Shown in pieces: positions 35,007 through 46,900 of a stretch of 64,000 bases of DNA. The notes under the pieces are model-generated. The model saw nothing but the letters and a program-made list of their open reading frames with translations, searched no databases and had not been told where the DNA came from. Both the position numbers and the translations under genes were made by a program. This DNA is from Zygnema circumcarinatum SAG 698-1b (Eukaryota; Plantae; Zygnematophyceae): the NCBI GenBank assembly GCA_037447605.1, contig CM074812.1, forward strand, positions 1,178,001 through 1,242,000, written 5' to 3'. The first letter of the stretch is position 1. Each line of letters opens with the position of its first letter.

Positions 35007-38000
35007 ATGGCGGCCATGGCGCCCGCCACGCCGTCCGGGATTAACCGCTGGGGCACGCGAGGGATCAGTCCTTGGGAAGGGATAGGCGGGGATGGAAATT
35101 TCCTGCTGGATCCTTGGCGAGGAGCGCAGAATAGCCTTGGTATTACTGGATGTTTTTACTCACAGAGAAACCCTAAAACTGTAGTGGTTAGGGCTGGGGC
35201 AGCAAGAGTTGATGGTCTGGCAGGGGCTGCAGCTTCTAAGATTTTGAGTACTGAGAGGGTCGAAGCGGCCAGAGATTATGGCGCTGCTCTGCGACCTCAG
35301 AGAAGGGTGGGAGATGGAGGGGAAGGGAAGATAGGCGGAGGGAAAGGGAAAGCAGACGCGTCTGCAGACCCTGTGGCTGGATTTGAGCTTGGAGGCGGCT
35401 CTGAGGGAGAGCGAATTTTGAGAATGGCAAATGGGAGGTTGGGGGGAAGGTCCGGGGAGTCAGCTGAATCATTGGACAACGCTAATGATGGTGCAAGTAT
35501 TTTCCCTTCTCCTTTATCATCTTCTTCTGAATTTCATGAAGTTACAGCCGCATTCGTTTATCCTGAAATTGTAGATAATGGCCCGGGTTATGTGGCAAAT
35601 TGCGCTGATTTCCAAGGCCGTGCGGCGAGCAGACAGGAAGATCAGATTAATGGAGAAGCTGTGAATGGAGGAAAGAAGAAGAAGGAGAAACGCGCGTGGG
35701 TTGGGCCTGTCAGGAGGAAAAAGGGCCCAGTAGAGGAGGCTTGGACGGCTCAATTTTCACAGGAAAAGGAGATTCAGATGCTGACAGGCCTAATAAGGAT
35801 TTCCTATGGAGATTCCGTCGCCCCTCTACTTGATCCTTGGGTGGGTAAGGTAACGAGAGTGGAGCTCTCGAATGTGATTAAGGGCCTTGGTAAACGTGGC
35901 AAGGCCCACACTGCTCTCGCTGTTTTTGAGTGGATGGAGGGGCAACAGAGAAGGCTTAAGCCAAATGGGCATGCGCACAGCCTCATGCTGGGAATTTTAG
36001 GACGGTGAGTGTGTCTTTAAAAGCTGTCACCATCAGCTTCCTTTTCTTGTTTTCTGTTCAATTGAGAGTTTACCAGATTTGCAGTAAATAGCTTAATTGG
36101 AATAGATATCAGATGCACAATCGCCAGAAATAACGGTGTCTTGCTGGAGAGTAGGTGATTTGAATACTTCGTCCTCGACCAGTTTTGGACCGTGTGCATC
36201 CCCGAAGTCGGTCTCCATAGAAATGAAGAGATTTTTAAACATCTTGTATATATGCTTGTGCTGCAGGGCCAACATGGTCGGAGCGGCGATGAAGTTGTTC
36301 GCAAAAATGGAATCTCTTGATTTTGTGGACAAAGTTCATGGCTACAATTCTCTTGCCGGAGTCTATTGCCGGCAAGGATGGTATGACAAGGCCTTGGCCC
36401 TATTAGACACCATGATCGTAAAAGGCTGCCGTCCAGACGTAGTCACTTTTAACACTCTTATATCTGGCTCTGCCACTGCTGGGCTGCCACCCACTACAGC
36501 ATTGGACCTGCTGGACCGTATGGCTGAGGAAGGAATTACGCCAAATGTGCGAACACTGAATGCTGCGTTGGCGGTGCTGAGCAGAGGGCAGTTGTGTGAT
36601 GAGGTATGCTATCTGAAGCCTTCAGTGTATCATGTGCCCAGCATCTCCTTGTTTCACGTAAATTGAGCGTTTCAATAGATGGCGGTGATGACGCTGTTGT
36701 AGTGCTTGGAATTTCTTGCAGGCTATGAAGCTATTTGAGGAGATGCAACAGAAATGTGTGTCTCCTGACACTGTTACATACAACACTTTGATCTCACTGT
36801 ACGGGCGCGTGGGACGTCTGGAAGATGCAGTAAAGGTATGTTGTCTGAGCTGCTCACTTCTGAATGGAAGCTCCTGGAAGCACCTATCACACGCTTATTG
36901 AAACTTTATAGTTGCAAAAGGTACATTTAATAAATTGTCTGGGTCTGTGTGTACAAGTTTGAAAGGCTGTGGTTAAGCAGCGGATTAAACGGCAGTGCAT
37001 TCGTGCAGATGTTTGAATCAGCGCAAAGCTCCGGTGTGCCACTGAATGAAGTGTCATACACTGCTATGATGGATGCGTACAATCAAGACGGCAAACATGG
37101 AGAAGCCATTGCTACATTTGCCGCCATGGAAGCAGCTGGCTTGAAACCAGATAGAACGAGCTTTAGCCTGCTCATGGCGGTGTACAAGCAAGTGGGCATG
37201 GTGGAGGAGGCACAGCAGGTGCTGAACAGAATGCGAGCATTGGGGATTCGACCTAACGTCATTGTGTACAGCGCCTTGATTCAAGCCTATGGGCGGTACG
37301 TAGAATTCTTCCTTGATGAGCCCCCTTGAACTAGATGTTCATGCCCTAGCTCGGTTGAATGTAGAGATGCCAATTGCATCTTTACGTATGCACCCCATCA
37401 GCTCCACCTCCAGAATGGAAGCTCATGGGGTTCCACACTCAAGGCGGCAGTAAACCTCTCTTCATCTGGGTATCGTCTGTTCCTTTGACAGGAGGTAGAT
37501 GGCCCAGATGTGTTACAACTTGTGTTGTTCAAGGAAGCACAAAGATAGGACGCTCTGTGTTCCTTCCTAGGAACACAGAGCGTCTAGAGCGTCCTAAATT
37601 CCTTCCCTTGAAGGAATTTGCCAAAACCTGATTACCCATGCGACCTTCATAATAATGGTAGCCTGTGTGCATGTGGTGCATGTTGCAGGCAAGGAATGTT
37701 CGAAGAAGCGAGCCGTGTGTTTCGAGAAATGCAGGCAGAAGGGTGTCCAGCAGATGTGACGGTTTACAACATCCTGATGGCCGCATATGCTCAGGAAGGC
37801 CTCTCTGTTCAAGCTGCAAACCTGTTTCAGCGAATGCAGAAGCAAGGATTGGTGCCCAACGTGGTGAGCTATAATACTCTAATTCGTGGGCACTTGAAAG
37901 CTGGACAGCTGGAAGAAGCAAAGGCAACTTTTGCACAAATGGTGAAGGCAGGTTGTGTGTCGGATGATGTCACAAGGTCACTCATGATGCTGACGTATAG

Positions 38001-38451
38001 TACTCTCGGCCAGTATCAGAAAGCCAGGAAAATGAGAAAGGGAGGAGGAGATAGGAGTACAGAGGGTGCAGCAGCTGGAGGAGAGAAGAAAGGCGGGGTA
38101 ATGAAACCGAAGGGACAAACACAGGCCAGGTTGGATGAAATAACTCATAAGGAGAAGGTATGGGATGGAAGCAGAGTTGTCGAAGCGACAAATAGCTTAG
38201 GATTCGATTTTGCAGTGAGATCAACGAAGAATATTGATTTTAAAGATAGTGGGAGCTCTCTAGAGATGGACGGATGGACGAGGATTGCGGGGGTGGGTGA
38301 AAGCAAAGGAAGCATAGGGAACAATTCTCAAAGCTCCAACCGAAGTGCACCGAGACGGCCTCTTCCGAAAGATCTGAGGAGTCCCAATGCCCTCCCAGAA
38401 GTAGAGGATGACAGTAGAGCCCAGCTGAAGGTTTTGAAGCAGGGCAGTTAA
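35007..38451 (+). CDS. P-class pentatricopeptide repeat protein, probably organellar (exons 35007-36004, 36267-36603, 36722-36835, 37009-37295, 37689-38451)
   Basis: Tandem 35-aa motifs (PDVVTFNTLISG, PDTVTYNTLISLYGRVG, PNVIVYSALIQAYGR, PNVVSYNTLIRGHLKAG) and an ALAVFEWM lead-in; N-terminus resembles a targeting peptide. Confidence 0.93.
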
Positions 38452-40197
38452 ATGCCCTCTAAAAGAGGGGGGGTGGAGGCCCGCGGACACGCGAGCTGGA
38501 TTAATTTGTAGTAGATATTGAAACCCAAGGTGTGTTAAAGGTTTTGCAGGCCCCTATTGAATGAGTCTGTAGAGCTGATAAGCCCTTGGTGAGGGGTACA
38601 AACAGTTCTAGCCTTGTTCCAGTTCTCGAAGCTAGTGGTTTCTTAAGCTCAGTAGAGGGAGTTAAACTTCTCTGAAGGCGAATTGCCGTTAGCATTTCGA
38701 ACACCTTTGCTGGCCCGAGTACTCGAATGAAGTAGTTTCTCCTCATTGTAGACCTTTGTAACGCAGTGCGCTCAGCTTAAATTATGTAGCCAAGAGTATG
38801 TAATGTTATTTGCGATGACGTGCAGCAGCTATATGCACTGTGTCTTACTGATGTAACAGGGGAGTATGCTTCTCCCAGGTAGCCATAGCCACCGTTTGGC
38901 AGGACAGGACTGGGTGAAACTCAGCTCTTCTCAAGGGGACAAGATGGGGATAGGCGAGGCTGTGGGTGTTGAGACCGAGAGCAAAGTTTGGGCGTTTGGA
39001 TGGTTTTCACCTGAAAAGCACGCAGACCGAAACCAAGGAACTTCTTAAACACGAATTTGAGTTTTCCCCCATAACTTTATCATGAGGGGAAATGAAGGAG
39101 GCAACTAAGACTGAGTGTACTGAGTGTTCCGCTTTTGGGACTTCTAATTGTTGGAGTGCTGTGTGCTTGGGAAAGACCTTAGAAGTCTCTTGGAGGGGTT
39201 CCTGTTTAGCCCCATACAGATCTTTTGGACAGTAGAGGCATGGAAAGAGCTTCAGTGCCAGATCCTTCCCGCTTTATGTTCATCTCAAGTAATTCATCTC
39301 TCACTTGATGTATTTGATGCTTGCTTGACCCTTCTGAATTGAAATGTCAGGAGCTTACTTGGCGATGCTCGTCTATGCTCTTGATTGATGTTCAAAAGGA
39401 CGTCCTAAAGTTGGGACTTCCCTTCTTGGGAAGAAGCTCTGAAGCATGTCGACATTTCGGCTCAGAAGAAAGCGAATTAAAAAAAAAAAAAACAACAACA
39501 ACAACAATAACAACAGAAAAGCTGAGAGTCGAAATTGGGAAGGAGTTTGCCATGTTTGAGCCTCACATCATACGACAATTTCACATGTCACGTTGAACCT
39601 GTGAATTGTTGCACCATGAAGAGGCGCAGGAGCTTCACAAATCACAACCCATGGTTGGCTAGCACACGAGCTAGTCAAAAAGGATAATTTTGATTGAATC
39701 AATTGTTGTTAATGGTTTTGGCCAAATCAAAGAAGTAAACAAAGGCCACCTCCGTAAAGTAACGAAGCTACAGCAGGCGCCGCCTTGCTGACCGCCGACA
39801 GGCACAGCCCTGTGCCTTTGTTGCTTTATTTGGCCATGAATTCAGGAGCTGTCCCGCGGCATGGCGCCAAGAGGCTCGCACTTGTTTCTTTCTCCTCTCT
39901 CCTCTCTCTCGCCATGTACTCCACAGCAGCTAATGAGCGCGCAAGCTGACATTACCTCCCAGCTGGGCGCATGGCACGAAATTTCAAAACTCAATCACCA
40001 GCGTGCAGATAGGAGCCAGGCTGGGATTTGGAGAGAATGCAGTGAACAGGGAGCAACTTAAAGCTTCTACGTGTGATCTCTTAATTGGGAGGATCCAGCA
40101 ATGCCACCTCGGTAAAGTAACGACGAAAAGGAGCTGATTTTCCGGCAGCGCAGGAATCTCCCCTGGATCAGAAGAGGCGGAGGCTTTGCACTTAGGT

Positions 40198-42656
40198 ATG
40201 AGATCGCAGGCTGCAGGGGACGAGCGAGTTATGGTTGGCGCTATGAGGGAGGGGAGGCTTTCCGATGAAGTTCAACTTGAAGGAGATAGAGAAAGTTTTA
40301 GGGCTCGGGCAGAAGATGGTTGTGCAGGTCTTGTGGATGAGATGCCTTCAGAGGCAGGTTCAGGAGCATCTGGAGAAGGTGGAGAGATTTGGTCAGGCGG
40401 CGAGTGTCTGCGGGAAGGTGAGGGCCAGGGTTTGAATATGAGAGAAAATGCAGGAATGGAGGGGGGTGTAGATGGGCAGGCTTGCGCGTCTGAGCAAGTT
40501 AGAGAGAGAGGGGCGGGCAAAAGAGCTGCAGAAAACTCACTGAAGGGAGGGTCCACTAAGCGGAACTGCACTCGGGATCGACACACAAAGGTGGATGGCC
40601 GGGGGAGGAGGATAAGGGTGCCTGCAAATTGTGCGGCACGAATCTTTGCATTGACAAGGCAACTGGGTCATCGCTCGGATGGGGAGACCATTGAGGTATT
40701 TTGGATCAGGGCCTTTATTTTTTTTTTGAAGGGACATGCATTCATTTCAGTTCATCCCTTAAGCATTGAGTTGAGATGGAGAAACGTTTCTGAATCGTGT
40801 TTAGGGGAAGGAAGAAGGTAATGGTGACAGCTGCACTTTGGTGCCATTTCTTAACTTGGAAGTGGGGTTATCCGAGTTGCAGAATTCTGCACTTCCATGT
40901 TTCAGAATGTACTGATGACCTCGTGAATTATGGTGGGGGCTTTCTGGGAGTAGTGGCTGCTGCGGCAGGCAGCACCCGCCATTATTGCTGCGGTCGGTGG
41001 TAAAGAAGGAAGTGAGTGCAATAACAATCCACTTGTAGAACCAACTAGAAAGTCTTCTATGGCGGCCTATGCTTGTGGAACACCTTCTCCTGCAGCGGAA
41101 ACCCTTAACGACGCGATTGGAAGCAGAGGAGTGTTGCAATGCTCGCCAAATATTCCTCCTGGGCCTGATCGAGAGATGAGAACATCTCTAGAAGTAGAAG
41201 AGGGTGATGATACCGTGCCTCCTAAAGCATGGAGAGCACAAAATGTGAGGTCGGACAATAGCGTTTTGATCCCGGGGGTATCTGCAACTGCAGGATTGAC
41301 ATTTGCTAAAGCCAGCCCTTTGAACCCCGTAGATGCAAAGGAGTTGAGGGATACTGATGAGGATGAAGGTGTGGAAAGACGTATGGAGAATGCTAATGGA
41401 GGTTTGGCAGATAATGCGGAGCAAAGTCTTGATGGAGTGACTATTGCAAGAGAGGGAGCCTGGGTTGGCAATACTGCGAAAGTTGGAGTGAGTAGAGCAG
41501 CTGCTGGAGGCGAAGGCAATCTGATAGAGAGTGGCGTTTCCCAGGGGCTTGGGAGCTTAGAACCTTCTGTTGCAATTAGTGGCAAAATGGCAGCAGCAAC
41601 TGCAGCTGTGGCTTCTCCAAGCGGATGGACTGTCCCTATGCAAATGTCCGGAGCTTCAGCACTGGCACCTGTTTGGCTCATGCCAGTGAGGTATGATTTT
41701 TGCACCCCCCTCCCTCAGTTTAGGCGACGATGTTCACTCCTGCATCCATTAATGTTAACCTTGAGATTCTGCATATTACAAATGTTATGTAAAGTTTTAG
41801 AATTGGTTCAGAAAGGCTGGTTAAGGATGCTGCTTTCGCAAGATCTCTCGTTACTGGCTGGCCTTATGAATGTAGAGCATTACGAAGGACCTTTTCGATC
41901 ATTAGGGGTCCCAAGTTCGACAATGTTTTGCCTCACATGTAGTGTTTCCGTTTAATCCTGTATTCTTAAAGAAACTACTTTTTTTTCTGTGCGCGCAGCA
42001 GTGCCCCACCTGCATCTTCAAGTGCAACTTCCCCTGAGCTCTGGGCATTAAGAGCTGCAGGAGCTGCAGCAGGGGGTGCTCTGCTTGGCCCTTTGTTGCC
42101 ACCTGGGTCGGCTCTGTTGAGCTCTATAATGCCATCCACCGCAATGCCTCTTACAATGCTTCATGGAGACACAGCCCGAACTTCTGCAGGAGAAATAGGA
42201 GGGCTTAGAGAAGTATTCAGGGGAGGAGTAGGTGGGGAAGGGGGAAATCCATTTCAAGACGGGATAAATCAAGGAAGAAATCTGGCTGGCGAAGTTAATA
42301 AGGGCCGAGTGGAGGAGAAGCGTGACGGGGCGTTGCAGCAGGAGCAAGGGCTAGAAAGAGAAGGGAGAGTGGAGTTGGGAGAGGGAGATGAGGCAGGGTG
42401 GAAGCGGTTAGGTTTAGGGTTGGGCTTGGCGACTATTGGAGGGCAGGAGCAGGCAGAGGGGCAGGCGGCTTTTGGGGCCTTTGGGGCTCTTATGGGGCAT
42501 GCTATGGCTTCTCAGTTCGGGCTCGGCTCGCAACTTCACGCAGATGCAAGGGACCTCATGGCTGCTTATGGGCTGCTGCCTGTTGGGGTCAGTGCTGAAG
42601 GGAGCGCTTTTGGGCTGGCGGGAGGGGGAGGAGATCGCAGTGGGAAAGGGCAGTAA
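40198..42656 (+). CDS. TCP: Class I (PCF-type) TCP transcription factor (exons ~40198-40695, 40954-~40999, 41096-41690, 41999-42656)
   Basis: [40 protein letters not shown]|[15 protein letters not shown] is a complete class I TCP domain after splicing. Start codon uncertain. Confidence 0.93.
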
Positions 42657-43344
42657 ACAGCAGCAGAAGTTGCAGGTGCTTGTGCTAGAAATTCACAGAG
42701 ATTTCGTACAGGAAGGGTTTTTATGGCGTTAGGGTTATGATGTTAGGGTTTACATACCAACTGTATGTAGTAGAATTTTGGACAATGGGCGCAAGCCTGA
42801 TCCAGCGATCTAATGAGCATGATGCCTCAATGCTCGTTAAGTTAATAGAGGCTCCTGTGAAAGGAAGTAAGCTAGTGTTGACTGGAGTGTTCTTTCATGA
42901 TGAGCGTGAGAAAAATTTTATCGCTCATGTGATTGGATGAAGCCGTCTCGCAGATGTGATTTGTTACAGTATGTTTTTAGTCAACACTGCGATGGAGTGT
43001 GGCGAAGCGTTTCTTTTCTTGGTGAGCAAAAGTCCTCAAGAGAGTTGATCTGAGAAGGTTTTAAACCAGGTAACGTTGAAACCGAAGTTTGTGAATGTGG
43101 ATTACGATGATGATCAATTATTAAGATGATGTGATTCACGAAGGCAAAACGTATGGGAGGATTTTGAAACACTTTGGGAAATCGACACCAACGTGAATCC
43201 TCTGGTTGCTGAATTCCGGCTGCCAGTAAGTTGAAAACGAGCAGACATTCTCGACAGATTGTTTGAGATCTCAGACATTTAACCTGAGGGCTATCCCAAA
43301 GAAAACCTATACACCGTCGCCTTCCCTGGAAGCTTAGACCTCGT

Positions 43345-43625
43345 CCTTCCCTCCCCCTCCCCTCCCTTCCCTCCCTTCCCTCCCTTCCCTCCCTTCCCTC
43401 CCCTCCCTCTCCTCCCTCCCTCCCTCTCCTCCCGCCCTCCCTCTCCCTCCCCTCCTCTCCCTCCCCTTCCTCCCCTCTCTCCCTCCCCTCCCCTCCCTCC
43501 CCTCCCTCCCTCCCTCTCCTCCCTCCCTCCCTCTCCCTCCCCTCCCCTGCCCTCCCTCCCTCCCTCCCAGGCTCTTCTCCATCCCCTCCCTCCCTCCTCT
43601 TCCCCTCGGCCTGACTTTCCTCCCG
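43345..43625. repeat. C/T-rich low-complexity tract, (CCCT)n and (CCCTCCCTT)n
   Basis: Near-pure pyrimidine run of ~280 bp upstream of the WD40 gene. Confidence 0.9.
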
Positions 43626-43923
43626 CCTCACCAACTCGCGGCTACGAGCCCAGTACGTACTGGCGTTGCCTGCCTGGGTTGGCGAGTTTCCTGCAACAAA
43701 CCCGGTTTGCGGTTTGCTCGACACAGACCACAGTGACAGGCGGTACGGCCACAGTTTCTGCTACAAGCAGCAAACGCAGTTTGTTTTAAAATACCGAGTT
43801 TGATCCGAATCTGCGAGTTTGAAGTCTGACGTTTTCAGCGACAGCGCGTGCAAGAGGGAGGGGAGGCGCAGATCGCCATTAAGGGAGCTCAAAGCGAGGC
43901 AGCGCCCTGCTCTGAGGCCAAGC

Positions 43924-43956
43924 AACCCTAACCCTAAATCTAAACCTAACCCTAAC
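43924..43956 (+). promoter_or_regulatory. Telo-box-like (CCCTAA) cluster immediately 5' of the WD40 start codon
   Basis: AACCCTAACCCTAAATCTAAACCTAACCCTAAC ends 5 nt before the ATG at 43962. Confidence 0.6.
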
Positions 43957-43961
43957 TCGCC

Positions 43962-46900
43962 ATGGCGCCCCCCGAGGAGGAGGACGAGGAGGAATTTTTT
44001 GAGGCGGAAGAGGAGCTGCCTCCCGCAGGGTCTCAGCAGCCTGGAGGGCCCGAGCTGCAGCGCTGGACTGCGGAGCCCGGAAGCATTCAGGAGCGCCGCG
44101 AGGGCCTCCTCACAGCTATGCGTTTGCTGCAGCAGGTGTTCCTCCTGCCATTATCACGATCCTGTTTTTTTTATTTTTATCATTTTCTTTTTTTTGTAAA
44201 TTACAGTGCAGAGTGTAAGGATTGGAGCAACACACGCAAAATGCACGCAGAGTGATGTGAGGTTAGGGTTTCTGGGTCTATTCTTCTTTATGCGAACAGT
44301 TTTTGAGGAGGAATTTGTTTGAGGCAGGCGATACTAGCCAGCATTGGCATGGCTGGTAAGCGGAGCTGTGGTTAGAGATCAGCAGCCGATGCATTTGATT
44401 TCCTTAAAACTATTAAAGAGGTCTGCAATGGATGCATACTCGAAAAGGTTGCCAGTGCCTCATTTTTCCCACTTTGCAGTTCCTTTTGCAGTTCCTCCGA
44501 AGAGTGGGCATTTGCTATGTCTATGTCTGTCCACTTCCTCCCCTCGTTAAGTTTTTTGGTAAAAGCTTAGTCTGGGATGCAGCGACGCAGTTAGAGTACG
44601 AATTCGTTATGTTCAAGATCGATCTACTCCCTTATTCGTTTAATTGACTTACATAACTAATCACTCTGGAATGCAGCGACGCAGCTCGACTAGAGTGACT
44701 ACTCAGGCAAGTCAGCCCAGTCGCAGCAGTGAAACTGTAAGCGAAAACACTGCTTCAGGGAGGGTTGCAGCGAGCAAGCAGGACGCCGAGAGGCTGAGGC
44801 AGCAGGTGGATGGCAATATTATAATGAGGAATGGAGGAGAGACGGGGGAAAGGATCAGTAATGAGAATGGCATAGGTGCATCTGCCATACAACGTGAGTA
44901 CCAAAGTACCTTTGCACCCGTTGTTTCTACTCCTACCAAACCGAAGAATGGAGGGAGCTCAGCAGAGTTCGATAGAGACGAGGGGAGGGGAAGAAGTACT
45001 CCAAATGGAGCGGAAGGTTACAGGCAAGCTGACCGTATAAGGAGTGTCGAGCGAGTAACAAAAGACCTTGTCGATTGCTTGGCTCCTGTCTTCCCTGCAC
45101 AACCCAACGTAGATTCAGGACCACTTTTGCTGAGCCTGGGAATTCAGAAGCAACAGGTGAATGACCAGGATATTGCCCAATCCTCTTGGGATGCTGTAAA
45201 CCTGAAGGTTGACTCCTCCGCACAGCGGGAGACAGAGAATGCAACTGACACTACTTCTTCTGCCGATGTCAATTCTGACGCTTTCTCTCGGTCAAGTGCA
45301 TCACATGGCCATGTGCACCCTCCTTCGGACACCTTGTCCGGACATGTGCGGCCCTCCTTTTCTGTAAGTGAGGATAAGGCCCCTGGTATGTTAGGTCAAG
45401 GGATGAGTAGTAGCTTAGCAGCGATGGCTGAAACCCCGCCTTGGCCGTCGCCACACAAACAGGCTGGGCATGCACGGAACTTACCTCCTTCATCTCTTAG
45501 CCATTCGCAGGGAGATGAGTTGCTACAATCAGCGAAAGGGAGCTTTTCTATGGAAGCATTTGAGCCTGCAAAATTGCACCTTAGAATTTCCAGACAAGAA
45601 GGGGAGAGGGGTGAGGAGAGTGAGGAGAGTAGTGACAACAGATTGACACATACTACTGGAGAAGATAGTGAGATCTCTGACGATGATTGGGCAAGTCCAG
45701 TCTTAAGTGCGCTTGAGGTTTCGAGTGTAGAAGTGGATACGTTTGTTCCATTGGAAGCAGAAAAGGCAGACACAGAAAGCAATGCTCATGGTAAAGATGA
45801 AGTTGCTCAAAGTTTCGATGAACGAATGGCTCAGAATAGCAACGACCTCTCAACAGAGCAATCGGGATCGCATGAAGATGACGAAGGAGGTGATAGTGAC
45901 AAAAGAAATGTAGGAGTAAAGCGGAGCACTTGGGGCCGAGGAGGTGCAGCTGTGGTTCAAGACATAGGCAATGAAGATATTGAACTTCTGGTGAGGAAAA
46001 TCAAGGACCTAGATACAGGGAGAGAATTCATTCTTGACGATGAAGTCGAACCCGGTGCAGGAAAAAGTTACGAAGGCCTCGCTGAACGGAGAAAGAAGCC
46101 ACCACTTCACGTGCTAGAAGTTGGGACAGGCAGAAAGTTTTCTTTCAAGGAGTTTGAGGACACCCTTGGCATTTCTCCCTTGACCAAAGAGCTTCAGAGA
46201 CGGCAAAGACAGGGGCACTTGAGAGAAGAAGTAGAAAGTGGAGGGATGAGTAGTGAAGTCAGAGAGCAGGATGAACAGCCAGGGTGTGTGCCTTACGGAG
46301 AAGGAGGAGGAGGGAAGAAGAGGGGTTGGCTGAAGGGTCGTCGTGGAAAAGGAGCAGGCAACAAAACAGAATCGGTTGGAGATGGTGGCATAGCATCCAC
46401 ACATGTGAAGGTTTACACGCATAGGAAAAAAAGTAAGGAGCTGTCAGATCTTCGGTTAGGTCAGGAGATTGCTGGACATGAAGGCTACATTTGCGCATTA
46501 AAATTCAGTTGGGATGGAAGATTCCTAGCAAGTGCTGGCCAAGATAAGGTCGTGAAGGTTTGGGAGGTGTTACATCCCCCGTCAAGTAATGCCCGGACAC
46601 AGCCACGTTCCGTAATTCCAGTTATTCATTTCTCTGCAAGTGAGAGAGACGGAAGTGGGCAAGCATCGGTGCAAGTGAAAGACGGAGCTCGTACAAAAGG
46701 GGAGATTCAGGCTCACGGAATGAGAGGGAAAGTAGGGGACTTGCCAAATAGTGGAGCAAATAGTGTGAATGAGAAGAATGAAGACCGGCCTACCACTTCA
46801 AGTGCTCCAACTGATTCGTTTAATGTCACAGGAGACTCGAAAAGTAGCTTTCGGTTGAGAGAGCAGCCCATCCGATGCTGGCAGGGTCACGATGAGGAAG

